Assembly: GCF_003034845.1 (NCBI RefSeq)
Contig: NZ_PZKC01000001.1
Span: 267,473 to 331,472, forward strand
DNA length: 64,000 nucleotides
DNA from: Pseudothauera lacus
Lineage (GTDB): Bacteria > Pseudomonadota > Gammaproteobacteria > Burkholderiales > Rhodocyclaceae
Reading direction: 5' to 3'
Both the position numbers and the translations under genes were made by a program. The notes beneath the pieces are model-generated. The model saw only the letters and a list, made by a program, of their open reading frames with translations. It did no database searches and was not told where the DNA came from. Of the stretch, positions 39,839-50,859 are shown one piece after another. Within the stretch, counting starts at the first letter, position 1. Every line of letters begins with the position of its first letter.

Positions 39839-40430
39839 GGTGACCTTCTTGTTCGTCCTGTTGTCGGGCACCGCACAGGCGGCAACCATCCTGGTGTGGG
39901 GCGACAGCCTCTCGGCCGGCTACGGCCTGCGCGACGGCGAAGCCTGGCCCACCCTGCTGCAGACGCGCCTGGCCAGCGAAGGGTTCCCCCATCGCGTGGT
40001 CAACGGCAGCGTCAGCGGCGAAACCTCCGCCGGTGGCCTGTCGCGCCTGCCGGCAGCGCTCGAACGCCACCGCCCGGCCATCGTGATCCTCGAACTGGGC
40101 GCCAACGACGGCCTGCGCGGACTGGCCCCGCGCCTGCTTGCGGAGAACCTCGGCGCCATGGTCGACGCCGCCAGGGGCGCCGGCGCCCGCGTACTGCTGA
40201 TCGGCATGCAGATGCCGCCCAACTACGGCCCGGCCTACACCCGCCGCTTCGCCGCGACCTTCACCGAAGTCGCCGCCGCCCGTCAGGTCGCCCTGCTGCC
40301 CTTCCTTCTCGACGGCTTCGCCGAGCGTCCGGAGATGTTCCTCGCCGACGGCATCCACCCCAACGCCGAGGCCCAGCCGCTCATCCTCGACAACGTCTGG
40401 GCACAACTGCAACCCCTGCTGAAACGCTGA
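39822..40430 (+). CDS. tesA: GDSL-family arylesterase / acyl-CoA thioesterase I.
   Basis: Signal peptide, then ILVWGDSLSAGYG (GDSL). GANDG and DGIHP blocks. The start choice (39822 versus 39837) is uncertain. Confidence 0.8.
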   Translation: MPLRSMVTFLFVLLSGTAQAATILVWGDSLSAGYGLRDGEAWPTLLQTRLASEGFPHRVVNGSVSGETSAGGLSRLPAALERHRPAIVILELGANDGLRGLAPRLLAENLGAMVDAARGAGARVLLIGMQMPPNYGPAYTRRFAATFTEVAAARQVALLPFLLDGFAERPEMFLADGIHPNAEAQPLILDNVWAQLQPLLKR

Positions 40431-40442
40431 AACGCCCCCTGC

Positions 40443-41483
40443 TCAGCGCAGGCGCAGGCCGCTCACGCCACCGAGCAGCGTGCCGATCACCCGTGCCGCG
40501 TTGCCCTGCACCTCGCTCACCGCAGCCAGCACCTCATCGACGCAGTGCGGCGCGCAGGCCACCAGCAGGCCGCCGCTGGTCTGCGGATCGGTGATCACCT
40601 TGCGCTGCCACTCCGCCGCGTCCGCGGGCAGATCGACCTCGGCACCGTAACTGTTCCAGTTGCGCGTCGACGCGCCGGTGGCAATGCCGTCGCGCACCAG
40701 CGCGGCGGCCTCGTCGATGAGCGGCAGGTCGGCGAGATTCACCTGGGCACCCAGTTGCGAGGCGCGGCAGATCTCGAGCAGATGACCGGCCAGGCCGAAC
40801 CCGGTGACATCGGTCATCGCATGCACCCCGTCCAGCGCCGCGAGGCGTTCGCCAACGCGGTTGAGGGTGGTGGTCCAGCGCAGCATCTCGGCGTAGCCGG
40901 CGGCAGAGAGCTGCCCTTTCTTCAGCGCCGCGGAGAGGATGCCGACACCCAGCGGCTTGCTCAGTACCAGCACGTCGCCGGCCACTGCCCCGGCGTTGGT
41001 CTTGACCTGCGCCGGATCGACGAGGCCAAGGCCGACGAGGCCGTAGATCGGCTCCAGCACGTCGATGGAATGCCCGCCGGCAAGCGGAATGCCGGCCTCG
41101 CGGCACACCGCCGCACCACCTTCGAGCACCCGGCCGATGACCTCTGCGGGCAGCTTGTCGACCGGCATGCCGACCACCGCCAGCGCAAGGATGGGGCGGG
41201 CACCCATTGCATACACGTCCGACAGCGCGTTGGTCGCGGCAATGCGGCCGAAGTCGTAGGGATCGTCGACGATGGGGGTGAAGAAGTCGGTGGTCGCCAC
41301 CACCGCCTGGCGTTCATTGAGCCGATACACCGCCGCGTCGTCGGCATGCTCGGTGCCGACCAGCAGTTCCGGCGGCAGCAGGCCGGCGGGCATCCTGCCG
41401 AGCAGGCCGGAGAGCACGGCGGGGGCAATTTTGCAGCCACATCCGCCGCCGTGGGAGAATTGGGTGAGTCTGATCTGGTCCAT
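40443..41483 (-). CDS. selD: Selenide, water dikinase.
   Basis: RLTQFSHGGGCGCKIAP at the N-terminus. AIR-synthase-like fold motifs. ~346 aa. Confidence 0.9.
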   Translation of the reverse strand: MDQIRLTQFSHGGGCGCKIAPAVLSGLLGRMPAGLLPPELLVGTEHADDAAVYRLNERQAVVATTDFFTPIVDDPYDFGRIAATNALSDVYAMGARPILALAVVGMPVDKLPAEVIGRVLEGGAAVCREAGIPLAGGHSIDVLEPIYGLVGLGLVDPAQVKTNAGAVAGDVLVLSKPLGVGILSAALKKGQLSAAGYAEMLRWTTTLNRVGERLAALDGVHAMTDVTGFGLAGHLLEICRASQLGAQVNLADLPLIDEAAALVRDGIATGASTRNWNSYGAEVDLPADAAEWQRKVITDPQTSGGLLVACAPHCVDEVLAAVSEVQGNAARVIGTLLGGVSGLRLR

Positions 41484-41514
41484 GTAACCTGGAAGGGGAA
41501 AAGGCGCCCGGCGG

Positions 41515-42573
41515 GTGCCGCACGCAATGAAGAAAGGCCTCGCGACCGTAGCACAGCACACCGACTTTGACGAGATCATCGACGCCCGCACCCCGGCCGA
41601 GTTCGCCGAGGATCACCTGCCCGGCGCACTCAACCTGCCGGTGCTGGACAATGAGCAGCGCATCGTCGTCGGCACCACCTACAAGCAGCGCTCCGCCTTC
41701 GAGGCACGCCGCATCGGCGGTGCCATGGTGGCGGAGAACATAGCCCGCCACCTCGCCGGCGTGCTCGCCGACAAACCGAAGAGCTGGCGCCCGCTGGTGT
41801 ACTGCTGGCGCGGCGGACAGCGCAGCGGCGCCTTCGTCACCTGGCTGCGCATGGTGGGCTGGGACGCCCACCAACTCGAAGGCGGCTACAAGAACTGGCG
41901 CCGCATGGTGGTGCAGGAACTTGAAACACTGCCGCGCGGACTGTCGTGGCGGGTGGTCGCCGGCCCCACCGGCAGCGCCAAGACCGCGGTGCTCGCGGCG
42001 CTGGCGCGGCGCGGCGCCCAGGTGCTCGACCTTGAAGGCCTTGCCGCCCACCGTGGCTCGGTGCTCGGCAGCCTGCCGGGACGACCGCAGCCGACGCAGA
42101 AGTCCTTCGAAACGGCACTATTCACCCGCTTGCGCAGCTTCGACGCCGGGCGCCCGGTGTACGTCGAGGCGGAAAGCCGCAAGATCGGCCTGATCCATCT
42201 GCCCGCGGCACTCATCGAGCGCATGCGTGCCAGCCCCTGCATGGTCATCGACGCACCGCGCAACGCGCGCCTCGACTATCTGCTGCGCGACTATGCCTGG
42301 CTGGGCGACGACAGCGCCCACCTGCAGAACGCCCTGGCCCGCCTGCACGGCCTGCAGAGCAGGGAGACCCTGGCGCGCTGGCACGACTGGGCCGGCAGCG
42401 GTGCGCTCGACGAACTTTTCGCCGAACTCATCGACATGCACTACGACCCCCTCTACCGGCGTTCGCAGGCGCAGAACTACAGCGCGCTCGGCAAGGCCAT
42501 CAGCCTATCCACCGCCACTCTCGACGACGCGGCCATCGACGCCCTCGCCGAAGCGATTCTCGCCAGCCCCTGA
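41515..42573 (+). CDS. selU: tRNA 2-selenouridine synthase (rhodanese plus P-loop domains).
   Basis: Rhodanese CWRGGQRS active-site loop. GPTGSAKT P-loop. ~350 aa. Divergent from selD. Confidence 0.85.
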   Translation: MPHAMKKGLATVAQHTDFDEIIDARTPAEFAEDHLPGALNLPVLDNEQRIVVGTTYKQRSAFEARRIGGAMVAENIARHLAGVLADKPKSWRPLVYCWRGGQRSGAFVTWLRMVGWDAHQLEGGYKNWRRMVVQELETLPRGLSWRVVAGPTGSAKTAVLAALARRGAQVLDLEGLAAHRGSVLGSLPGRPQPTQKSFETALFTRLRSFDAGRPVYVEAESRKIGLIHLPAALIERMRASPCMVIDAPRNARLDYLLRDYAWLGDDSAHLQNALARLHGLQSRETLARWHDWAGSGALDELFAELIDMHYDPLYRRSQAQNYSALGKAISLSTATLDDAAIDALAEAILASP

Positions 42574-42582
42574 GGGCCCCGC

Positions 42583-45500
42583 TCAGTCGCTGCCGAGCAG
42601 CGCCTCAAGCGCCTCCGGCGGCATCGGGCGACCGTGCAGGTAGCCCTGCATGCGCACGCATCCGGCCGCTTCCAGGAAGGCCTGCTGCGCGGAGGTCTCG
42701 ACCCCCTCGGCGAGCACTTCGAGACCGAGGCTGGCGGCCATGGCGATGATCGCGCGCACGATCACGGCATCGTTCTGATCATCGGGAAGGTCGCGCACGA
42801 AACTGCGGTCGATCTTGATCTGATCGACCGGCAGGCGCTTCAGGTAGGTCAGCGACGAATAGCCGGTGCCGAAATCGTCCATCGACAGCCCGACGCCGAG
42901 CGCCTTCAGCGCCTGCATGCGGGCGATCGAATCGTCAACGTTCTCCAGCACCACGGTCTCGGTAAGTTCGAGCTTGATCCTTCCCGGATCCACACCCGAC
43001 TGCGCCAGTGCCGCCGCCACCGAAGGCACGAAGGTGGCGGCGCGGAACTGTCTGGCGCTCACATTCACCGCCACCACCGGCGCCTGCGCGCCGCCCAGCA
43101 CCTGCCAGCGCTGCGCCCAGATGCAGGCCACCTCCAGCACGCGCTCGCCGATCGGCACGATCAGCCCGCTTTCCTCGGCCACCGGAATGAACTCCGCCGG
43201 CCCCACCAGACCGCGCTGCGGATGCTCCCAGCGCACCAGCGCCTCGGCGCCGATCAGCCGCCCACCCTGCACCTGAGGCTGGAAGTAGACCCGCAACTGG
43301 TCGTCGCGCAGCGCCGCGCGCAGTTCGGACTCCACATCCGCGCGGGTGCTGAGGCTGGCCTGCATCTGCGGATCGAAGGTGCACACCGCATTGCGCCCGC
43401 CCGCCTTGGCCGCATACATGGCCACCTCGGCGCGTTTGAGCAGCTCCTCGGCGACGGCCTCGCCGGCCTCGAAAACGCACACCCCGATGCTCGGACTGCC
43501 GTGGTATTCGCGCCCGCCGAGCGGATAGGGCACACCCAGCGCGCTGCGGATCTCTTCGGCAATGCGTTCGGCACTCGCTGCAGCCGTCTGCGCATTGTCG
43601 CCGAGGCCGTGAGCGAGAACGACGAACTCGTCACCGCCGAGACGGGCCACGGTGTCGCCTTCGCGGGCATGCACGCGCAGGCGTGCAGCGACCTCGACGA
43701 GCAGGCGGTCGCCGACGTGATGACCCTGGGTGTCGTTGAGCAGCTTGAAGTAGTCGAGATCGATCAACAGCAACGCGGCATGGCCGACCACCCGTTGATC
43801 GCCTTCGCAGAGCAGGGTCAGGCGCTCGCCGAGCAGGCGGCGGTTGGGCAGCCCGGTGAGGGCGTCGTAATAGGCCAGGCTGTGGATGCGCGCCTCGGCC
43901 AGATGACGCTCGGTGATGTCGCGCCCGACCCCGACCAGCCCCACCAGGCGGCCGTCGGGGTCGCGCATCGGCGCCTTCAGGGTCTCGATCAGGCGGCGCT
44001 GGCCGTCGGCATCGACAAACCAGTCTTCCTTCCGCCGCCATTGCCCGTCGCGCAACACCTCATCGTCGTTGCTGCAGTGCGCATGCGCCGTTGCCGCATC
44101 GAAGACGGCCGCGGCGCGCTGTCCGACCACTTCCTCGCGAGTGCGCCCGACAAAGCGGCAGAACTCGGGATTGCAGCCCATGTAGACGCCGCTGGTGTCC
44201 TTGAAGAAGACCAGATCGGGGAGCGAATCAAGCAGGCTGGCAAGCAGCGCACTCTGGCGCCTGAGCGCCTCCTCGGCGCGCACGCGGTCGCTGATGTCGA
44301 GCGCGGCGGCAAGAATCTGGCGCTGCGCGCCCAGTTCCACCGGGGTGACGCTGAACAGCACGGTGACGACACCGCCGCCGGCGCTCGGATGGGTGGCCTC
44401 GAAACAGCAGCTGTGACCATCCGCGGCCGCCTCCAGGGCCGCCAGCAGACGCTGGCGCTGAGGCGCGTTGTCCCGCCACCAGGGGCCGTCGGCAAGCGGC
44501 TTGCCGAGCACCTCGGCAGCACGCGCCCCGGCCACCTCCAAAGCGGCGCGATTGACCTCCAGCAGGGTACCGTCGCGGGCGAGCAGGCCGGTGAGCAGGA
44601 AACCCTGCTCGAAGGCTGCGCGAAAGCGCCGCTCGCTGGTGGTGATCGAGCCGACCAGTTGATTGAAGGAGGCAACCAGACTGCCGATCTCGTCCTCGGC
44701 GTGTCCGCGCGGCACCGCCAGCCCCTGCTCGGGCGCTGCGGTGATCGCCCGGGCCTCGCGGGCGAGTGCATTCAAGGGCACCGTGACCTGGCGGGCGAGC
44801 AGGGTGAACAGGCCCAGCAGGACCGCCGCCACCGCCACCGCGAAGAGGGCGATGCGTCCGCTGAAGGTCCACGTCGCCTGCGCCCCGGCGGGCAAGGCCA
44901 TCACCACCTGCAGGGCGCCATGAGTGCCCGGCAGCGCTGCCGGACGCCGCGCCACACGCAGCCCTGCAGAGCCGTTGCCCTCCAGCGCCGCCGCCGCATC
45001 CGGTGGCACCGCGGCAATCAAACGGTCGTTGAAGAGCAGACCGGCCGCTTCGAGACCGGCTGCAGTGCGGATGCGGTTGAGCAGCGGCAGATTGCCGTCG
45101 AGCTGCATGCCGCCGCGCAGGTGGCCCACCACCCGCCCGCTGGCCGGGTCGGCAATCGGCAGCGAATGCACCAGCACGATATGCTGCCCATCATCGAGCA
45201 AGTCCCATTCACGCGCCAGCGCGCCCCCGCCGAGACGCTCCATTCCCGGCGCCGGCTGCAGCGCCAGCCCGGCGGCAATCCACGTCGGCGCATCCTCGCG
45301 CGCAACCACCAGGAGGTCGAAGAGGCCGCGCTTGTCGAGCCCGCGCAGGCGACGTAGCTGTGCGGTGGCACCATCGCGGTCACCGCCGAGAATGGCGTCG
45401 ACCAGGGTGGTACTGAGCAGCATCTCGCCCAGGGTGCGCTCGACGGTGGCGAAATCCTGCTGCAGCACCAGCGCCGCCACCGCTGCCGCACTGTCGAAGC

Positions 45501-45633
45501 TGCGCGCGCTCTCGCGCTCGACCTGCGTACGCGCGCCATCGATGGCCAGCACCAGGGCGAACACGCCGAGCGCCAGTACCGCTGCACCGAGCGCCACGCC
45601 GAGACGCGTGGTGAGGTTGCGCGCCACCCTCAT
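42583..45633 (-). CDS. Membrane sensor with periplasmic domain, HAMP, PAS domains, GGDEF and EAL.
   Basis: RLGGDEFVVLA (GGDEF). [19 protein letters not shown] and KIDRSFV (EAL). Two TM segments flank a ~250-aa periplasmic region. Confidence 0.85.
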   Translation of the reverse strand: MRVARNLTTRLGVALGAAVLALGVFALVLAIDGARTQVERESARSFDSAAAVAALVLQQDFATVERTLGEMLLSTTLVDAILGGDRDGATAQLRRLRGLDKRGLFDLLVVAREDAPTWIAAGLALQPAPGMERLGGGALAREWDLLDDGQHIVLVHSLPIADPASGRVVGHLRGGMQLDGNLPLLNRIRTAAGLEAAGLLFNDRLIAAVPPDAAAALEGNGSAGLRVARRPAALPGTHGALQVVMALPAGAQATWTFSGRIALFAVAVAAVLLGLFTLLARQVTVPLNALAREARAITAAPEQGLAVPRGHAEDEIGSLVASFNQLVGSITTSERRFRAAFEQGFLLTGLLARDGTLLEVNRAALEVAGARAAEVLGKPLADGPWWRDNAPQRQRLLAALEAAADGHSCCFEATHPSAGGGVVTVLFSVTPVELGAQRQILAAALDISDRVRAEEALRRQSALLASLLDSLPDLVFFKDTSGVYMGCNPEFCRFVGRTREEVVGQRAAAVFDAATAHAHCSNDDEVLRDGQWRRKEDWFVDADGQRRLIETLKAPMRDPDGRLVGLVGVGRDITERHLAEARIHSLAYYDALTGLPNRRLLGERLTLLCEGDQRVVGHAALLLIDLDYFKLLNDTQGHHVGDRLLVEVAARLRVHAREGDTVARLGGDEFVVLAHGLGDNAQTAAASAERIAEEIRSALGVPYPLGGREYHGSPSIGVCVFEAGEAVAEELLKRAEVAMYAAKAGGRNAVCTFDPQMQASLSTRADVESELRAALRDDQLRVYFQPQVQGGRLIGAEALVRWEHPQRGLVGPAEFIPVAEESGLIVPIGERVLEVACIWAQRWQVLGGAQAPVVAVNVSARQFRAATFVPSVAAALAQSGVDPGRIKLELTETVVLENVDDSIARMQALKALGVGLSMDDFGTGYSSLTYLKRLPVDQIKIDRSFVRDLPDDQNDAVIVRAIIAMAASLGLEVLAEGVETSAQQAFLEAAGCVRMQGYLHGRPMPPEALEALLGSD

Positions 45634-46742
45634 CGCAAGGCCTCCGGCACGCCCGAATAGCGGAAGGCACGCGCGACCAGGGCATCCACGACGTCCTCGG
45701 CGCTGTCGCGTGCGACCACCGCGAGGCGGCCGGAATACACCGTCGGCACCTCGGCGGCGCGCCCCTGGGCATCGAGCGCAATGGCCTCGGCCATGGCCAC
45801 GCCGTTGTCGTCGTTGATACGCATCACGGTGAAATCGATGCGCCCCTCGCGCAAGGCCTGCAGCTCGCTGCTGCCGCCGCCCCAGCCGTTGATCAGCGGT
45901 CGCCCCTCGCCGTGCGTGGCCGCGGCCTCCGCGGCGCCCAGGGCAATGTCGGTGGCGGCGGCGTAGATCAGCCGCAAGCCGGGGTGACGCTGCAGCGCAT
46001 CGGCAGCCGCGGCACGCGCACGCGCCATGTTCAGACCGGTGAGGTAGACCCCGCGCAGATGCAGCGCTTCGCCATCGACGGCGGCGATGAAGGTCTCGCC
46101 GCGCATCTTGCCGAGCAGCTCGCGGTCGGGCATCAGCACCACGTAGTCTCCCGACACGCCCTGAGAACGCAGATGGGCAGCCAGCATGCGGCTGCCCTCG
46201 GCGTGATCGAAACCGACGTAGAGCAAGGGCTGCATGCCCGCCCAGGCACGCAGCGGGGTAGTAAGGTTCTGCAGGATCACCCGCGGTCGACCGCGCATCA
46301 GCACACGTTCGACGAGGGCACGCTGGGTGGGCGAGGCCACGGTATAGATGAGGTAATCGGGGTCGCCGTCGAGCGCGCGGCGCAGCTGTGCGAGCTGCAC
46401 ATCGACGTCGGCAGCATCCGGGCCACTGAAATGGGTATCGAGCGCATACGGGACGCCGAGCTCGTTCAGGCGCGCACCCAGCACGCTGACACTGCGCCGC
46501 CAGTAATCGGAGACCTGCATGCCCGGGTAGATGACCGCGATGCGCAGCGGCGCCACCGCCTGTACTGGCGCCGCCGCCTCACCGTCGACACGCGCGGCAA
46601 AGCGCGCCGCCACCGCCTGCTGGCCGGGATGGGCGCGCAGATAGGCGTCGAGCGTCCACAACTCGCCGCCGCCGTCAGCCCGCGCGGTGAGCACCAAGGC
46701 GCCCACCAGCAGCGCCGCAAGCCCGCGCCACAGCCTGCTCAT
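45630..46742 (-). CDS. Periplasmic sugar-binding-fold (PBP type I, TorT/LsrB-like) protein, probable sensing partner of the downstream GGDEF-EAL sensor.
   Basis: Signal peptide MSRLWRGLAALLVGALVL. PBP-I-like pattern. The stop overlaps the sensor gene start (45630-45633). Confidence 0.7.
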   Translation of the reverse strand: MSRLWRGLAALLVGALVLTARADGGGELWTLDAYLRAHPGQQAVAARFAARVDGEAAAPVQAVAPLRIAVIYPGMQVSDYWRRSVSVLGARLNELGVPYALDTHFSGPDAADVDVQLAQLRRALDGDPDYLIYTVASPTQRALVERVLMRGRPRVILQNLTTPLRAWAGMQPLLYVGFDHAEGSRMLAAHLRSQGVSGDYVVLMPDRELLGKMRGETFIAAVDGEALHLRGVYLTGLNMARARAAAADALQRHPGLRLIYAAATDIALGAAEAAATHGEGRPLINGWGGGSSELQALREGRIDFTVMRINDDNGVAMAEAIALDAQGRAAEVPTVYSGRLAVVARDSAEDVVDALVARAFRYSGVPEALR

Positions 46743-47288
46743 GCCGCGGGCAGGCCGCAAGGCGGCGCTTCACCGGCGAGCGCACACAGGCGCTGCAGCG
46801 CAGCGGCGCGCGGGGTGGTGACGATGCCCTGTTCGAAGGCCACCACCGTGCAGCGTCCGCGCACGCGCTCGAGCAACTCCTGCGGTTGCAGCAGGAAAGC
46901 GGCGCTGGAGGGCTTGCCGAAGCGCTCGTTGCCGACCATGAAGGTCTCGTAGATCAGCACCCCTGCGGGCAACAGGCAATCCAGCAAGGCGGAGAAATGC
47001 GCGCGGTGCAGGTAATTGGTGACCACGATGCCATCATAGCGCTCGCCGGCCAGCGCCCACGACGGCGTTTCCAGATCGAGCTGGCGCGCACGCACGCCGC
47101 TCACCGCGGACAACGCGGCGATAGCGGCGGCGTCGCGGTCAACCGCCTCGACCTGCCAGCCCTGCGCCGCCAGCCAGCGCGCATGCCGTCCGCCGCCACA
47201 GGCGAGATCGAGCACCCGCCCGTGCGCCGGCAGCAGCGCCGCAAAGCGGGTCACCCACGGCGAAGGGGCGGGATCGCCGGGCACGCTC

Positions 47289-47296
<8 letters not shown>
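46739..47296 (-). CDS. Class I SAM-dependent methyltransferase.
   Basis: VLDLACGGGRHARWLAAQG is motif I. ~185 aa. ATGA overlap with the downstream SBP gene. Confidence 0.7.
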
Positions 47297-48749
<1,453 letters not shown>

Positions 48750-48855
48750 GGTGCTCGCCTTGCTCGGGTGTACGCAGGAGGGCAATTGTAGCCCCAAGCT
48801 GGGGCGTACTTTCACCCCCGCCCCCGCCGCACACGCTATTAACCCGGCAATCAAA

Positions 48856-48915
48856 TACCGTTCGGCCTGTCGAAGCCCAGTCGACACGAACGCCTTTCGA
48901 CAGGGCGAACGGGTA
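48856..48915. repeat. Large imperfect inverted repeat: 19-nt arms (TACCGTTCGGCCTGTCGAA / TTCGACAGGGCGAACGGGTA, one mismatch) with a 21-nt spacer.
   Basis: Read directly. Located between the MCP stop and the ALDH start. Confidence 0.5.
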
Positions 48916-49015
48916 GCGCATTTCGTTGCCGGGTTACCGGCCACCCGCTCATGGCCAACGGCGGTGGCGGTCAGCAAGGCTCGCCCTGCCACGCCGGCGG
49001 CGCGGCAGGCGCCGC

Positions 49016-50632
49016 TCAGAGCTTGAACGCCCCCTTCAGGTTCTGCTCGGCCCTGCCTGCAAGGGCCGCCAGCGCATCCGCAGCGCGCTCCGACACGCCG
49101 GCCTGATGGGCGTTGCTTTCCGCAGTGCGGGCAACCTGCTCGACCTCTTCGGCGAGCAGTTGCGCGGCCTGCGCCTGTTCCGTAACGCCATGGCGCATCG
49201 ACGCCACGGCCTCGCGGGCGGCATCGATCTGCGCAGCGATCTGGGCCATCGACTGGCGCAGTTCAACGGCATGTTCTTCACCGTCACGGGCACGGGTGCG
49301 GGCCTGCTGCATGTGCGTCGTGGTCGCCTCGGACTGCCCGCGCACCTGGGCGATGACGCCATGGATCTGGCCAGTGGACTGTGCGGTACGCTCGGCAAGC
49401 TTCCTGACCTCGTCGGCAACCACGGCAAAGCCGCGCCCCTGCTCACCGGCGCGCGCCGCCTCGATGGCAGCGTTGAGCGCAAGCAGGTTGGTCTGATCGG
49501 CGATTTCCTTGATCACCTCGGCAATGCCGGCGATCTCGTTGGTCTTGGCAACCAGTTCTTCCAGGGAGACCGCAGCCTCCTCGGTGAGCTGGGCGATGGA
49601 CTCGATCTCCTGCGCCGTGGCCGCCACCCGCTGCCCGTCGAGCTGGGCCTGGGCCTGGGCCGCGCTGGCCTGGGCATCGACCTCCTGTGCCTGATCGCGC
49701 AACTGGTCGATGCTGGTGGACAACTGCTCCACCGCCGCCGCCATGCGCTCCGCACGCTCGGCATTCTCACTTGCCAGGGCGAGCGACTTGTGGCTGTCCG
49801 CAGCCTGCCCTTCGGCACCGCCACGCACTTCCGCAAAGGCGCCAAACTGCTCGGCAATGACGGCACGGAGGTTCTCCTGCAGCCCTCCCAGCGCAGCAAT
49901 CATGCGGCCGAGTTCGTCGCTGCCGACGGCTGGCACCGCGACCGACAGATCGCGCTCTTCGGCAATCCGGTGCACCACACCGCTGGCCATTTGCAGGCGC
50001 ACGCGCATCATGCGGTCGATGCCGAGCGCAAGCCCCACTCCCAGCGCCAGCGCCAGCGCCGCCAGCGCCATCACCCAGCGATCGCCACGCTGCGCCTCGG
50101 CGAGAATGGCCGCCATCTCGGCGCGGTTGTTCTGGTAACGTTGCTCGACCATCGGTTCGAGCTCGGCGCGGATGCCACGCCATGCCGGCGTGACCTCGCG
50201 CTCGAGGACCTGCAGAGCCTGGTCCTCTTCTCCTGCCTCGGCCAGACGGATCATGCGCTCGGCCGCCGGCACCACCTCACGGGTCCATTTCTCACCCCAG
50301 CCACGAACCTTCGCCGCCACCTCGGGCCGGCGCGCCAGCGCGGCGACCTGCTCGGCCACTTCCGCGAAACCGTTCAGTGACGAGGCGGCATTTCTGAGCG
50401 CCTGAGGATCATTTGCGCGCAAGACCACGAAACGCAAGCCGGCCTGAGCCTGAACGCCAAGAAAGCGCAGCTCGCGCATGCCCACCTCGTTGGGCAGGAT
50501 GACCTCGTTGATCGTACTCAGCTGGTTGCCAAGTCGCGCCTTCAGGCTCAGCGCAACGGCGAGCGCGGCACCCGCAACCACGATGATCGCTGCAATGCCC
50601 AGTGCCACCCGGGCTCTGATACCGAGACTCAT
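49016..50632 (-). CDS. Methyl-accepting chemotaxis protein (4HB sensor, HAMP, MA domain).
   Basis: Highly conserved MCP signalling hairpin ([41 protein letters not shown]). Two TM segments. Confidence 0.9.
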   Translation of the reverse strand: MSLGIRARVALGIAAIIVVAGAALAVALSLKARLGNQLSTINEVILPNEVGMRELRFLGVQAQAGLRFVVLRANDPQALRNAASSLNGFAEVAEQVAALARRPEVAAKVRGWGEKWTREVVPAAERMIRLAEAGEEDQALQVLEREVTPAWRGIRAELEPMVEQRYQNNRAEMAAILAEAQRGDRWVMALAALALALGVGLALGIDRMMRVRLQMASGVVHRIAEERDLSVAVPAVGSDELGRMIAALGGLQENLRAVIAEQFGAFAEVRGGAEGQAADSHKSLALASENAERAERMAAAVEQLSTSIDQLRDQAQEVDAQASAAQAQAQLDGQRVAATAQEIESIAQLTEEAAVSLEELVAKTNEIAGIAEVIKEIADQTNLLALNAAIEAARAGEQGRGFAVVADEVRKLAERTAQSTGQIHGVIAQVRGQSEATTTHMQQARTRARDGEEHAVELRQSMAQIAAQIDAAREAVASMRHGVTEQAQAAQLLAEEVEQVARTAESNAHQAGVSERAADALAALAGRAEQNLKGAFKL

Positions 50633-50859
50633 CTCTTACCTCCTGGATATATGAGTTAATTCCATGCTCATGAGCATCTTACGACAGCACCGCAGTCATC
50701 CTTGAGTAATAATCGGCAAAATCCCGCCATTGCCCCGCTCAATCTTCGGCACCGCTATCACAAAGGCCAGAGAAGGGCGCAGTCCCCATGGCGGGCAGTG
50801 CGTCAGGCTCGATTCCATGCCGCTTATGTGATATAGATGCGGACGACCCGATTCAGGAG

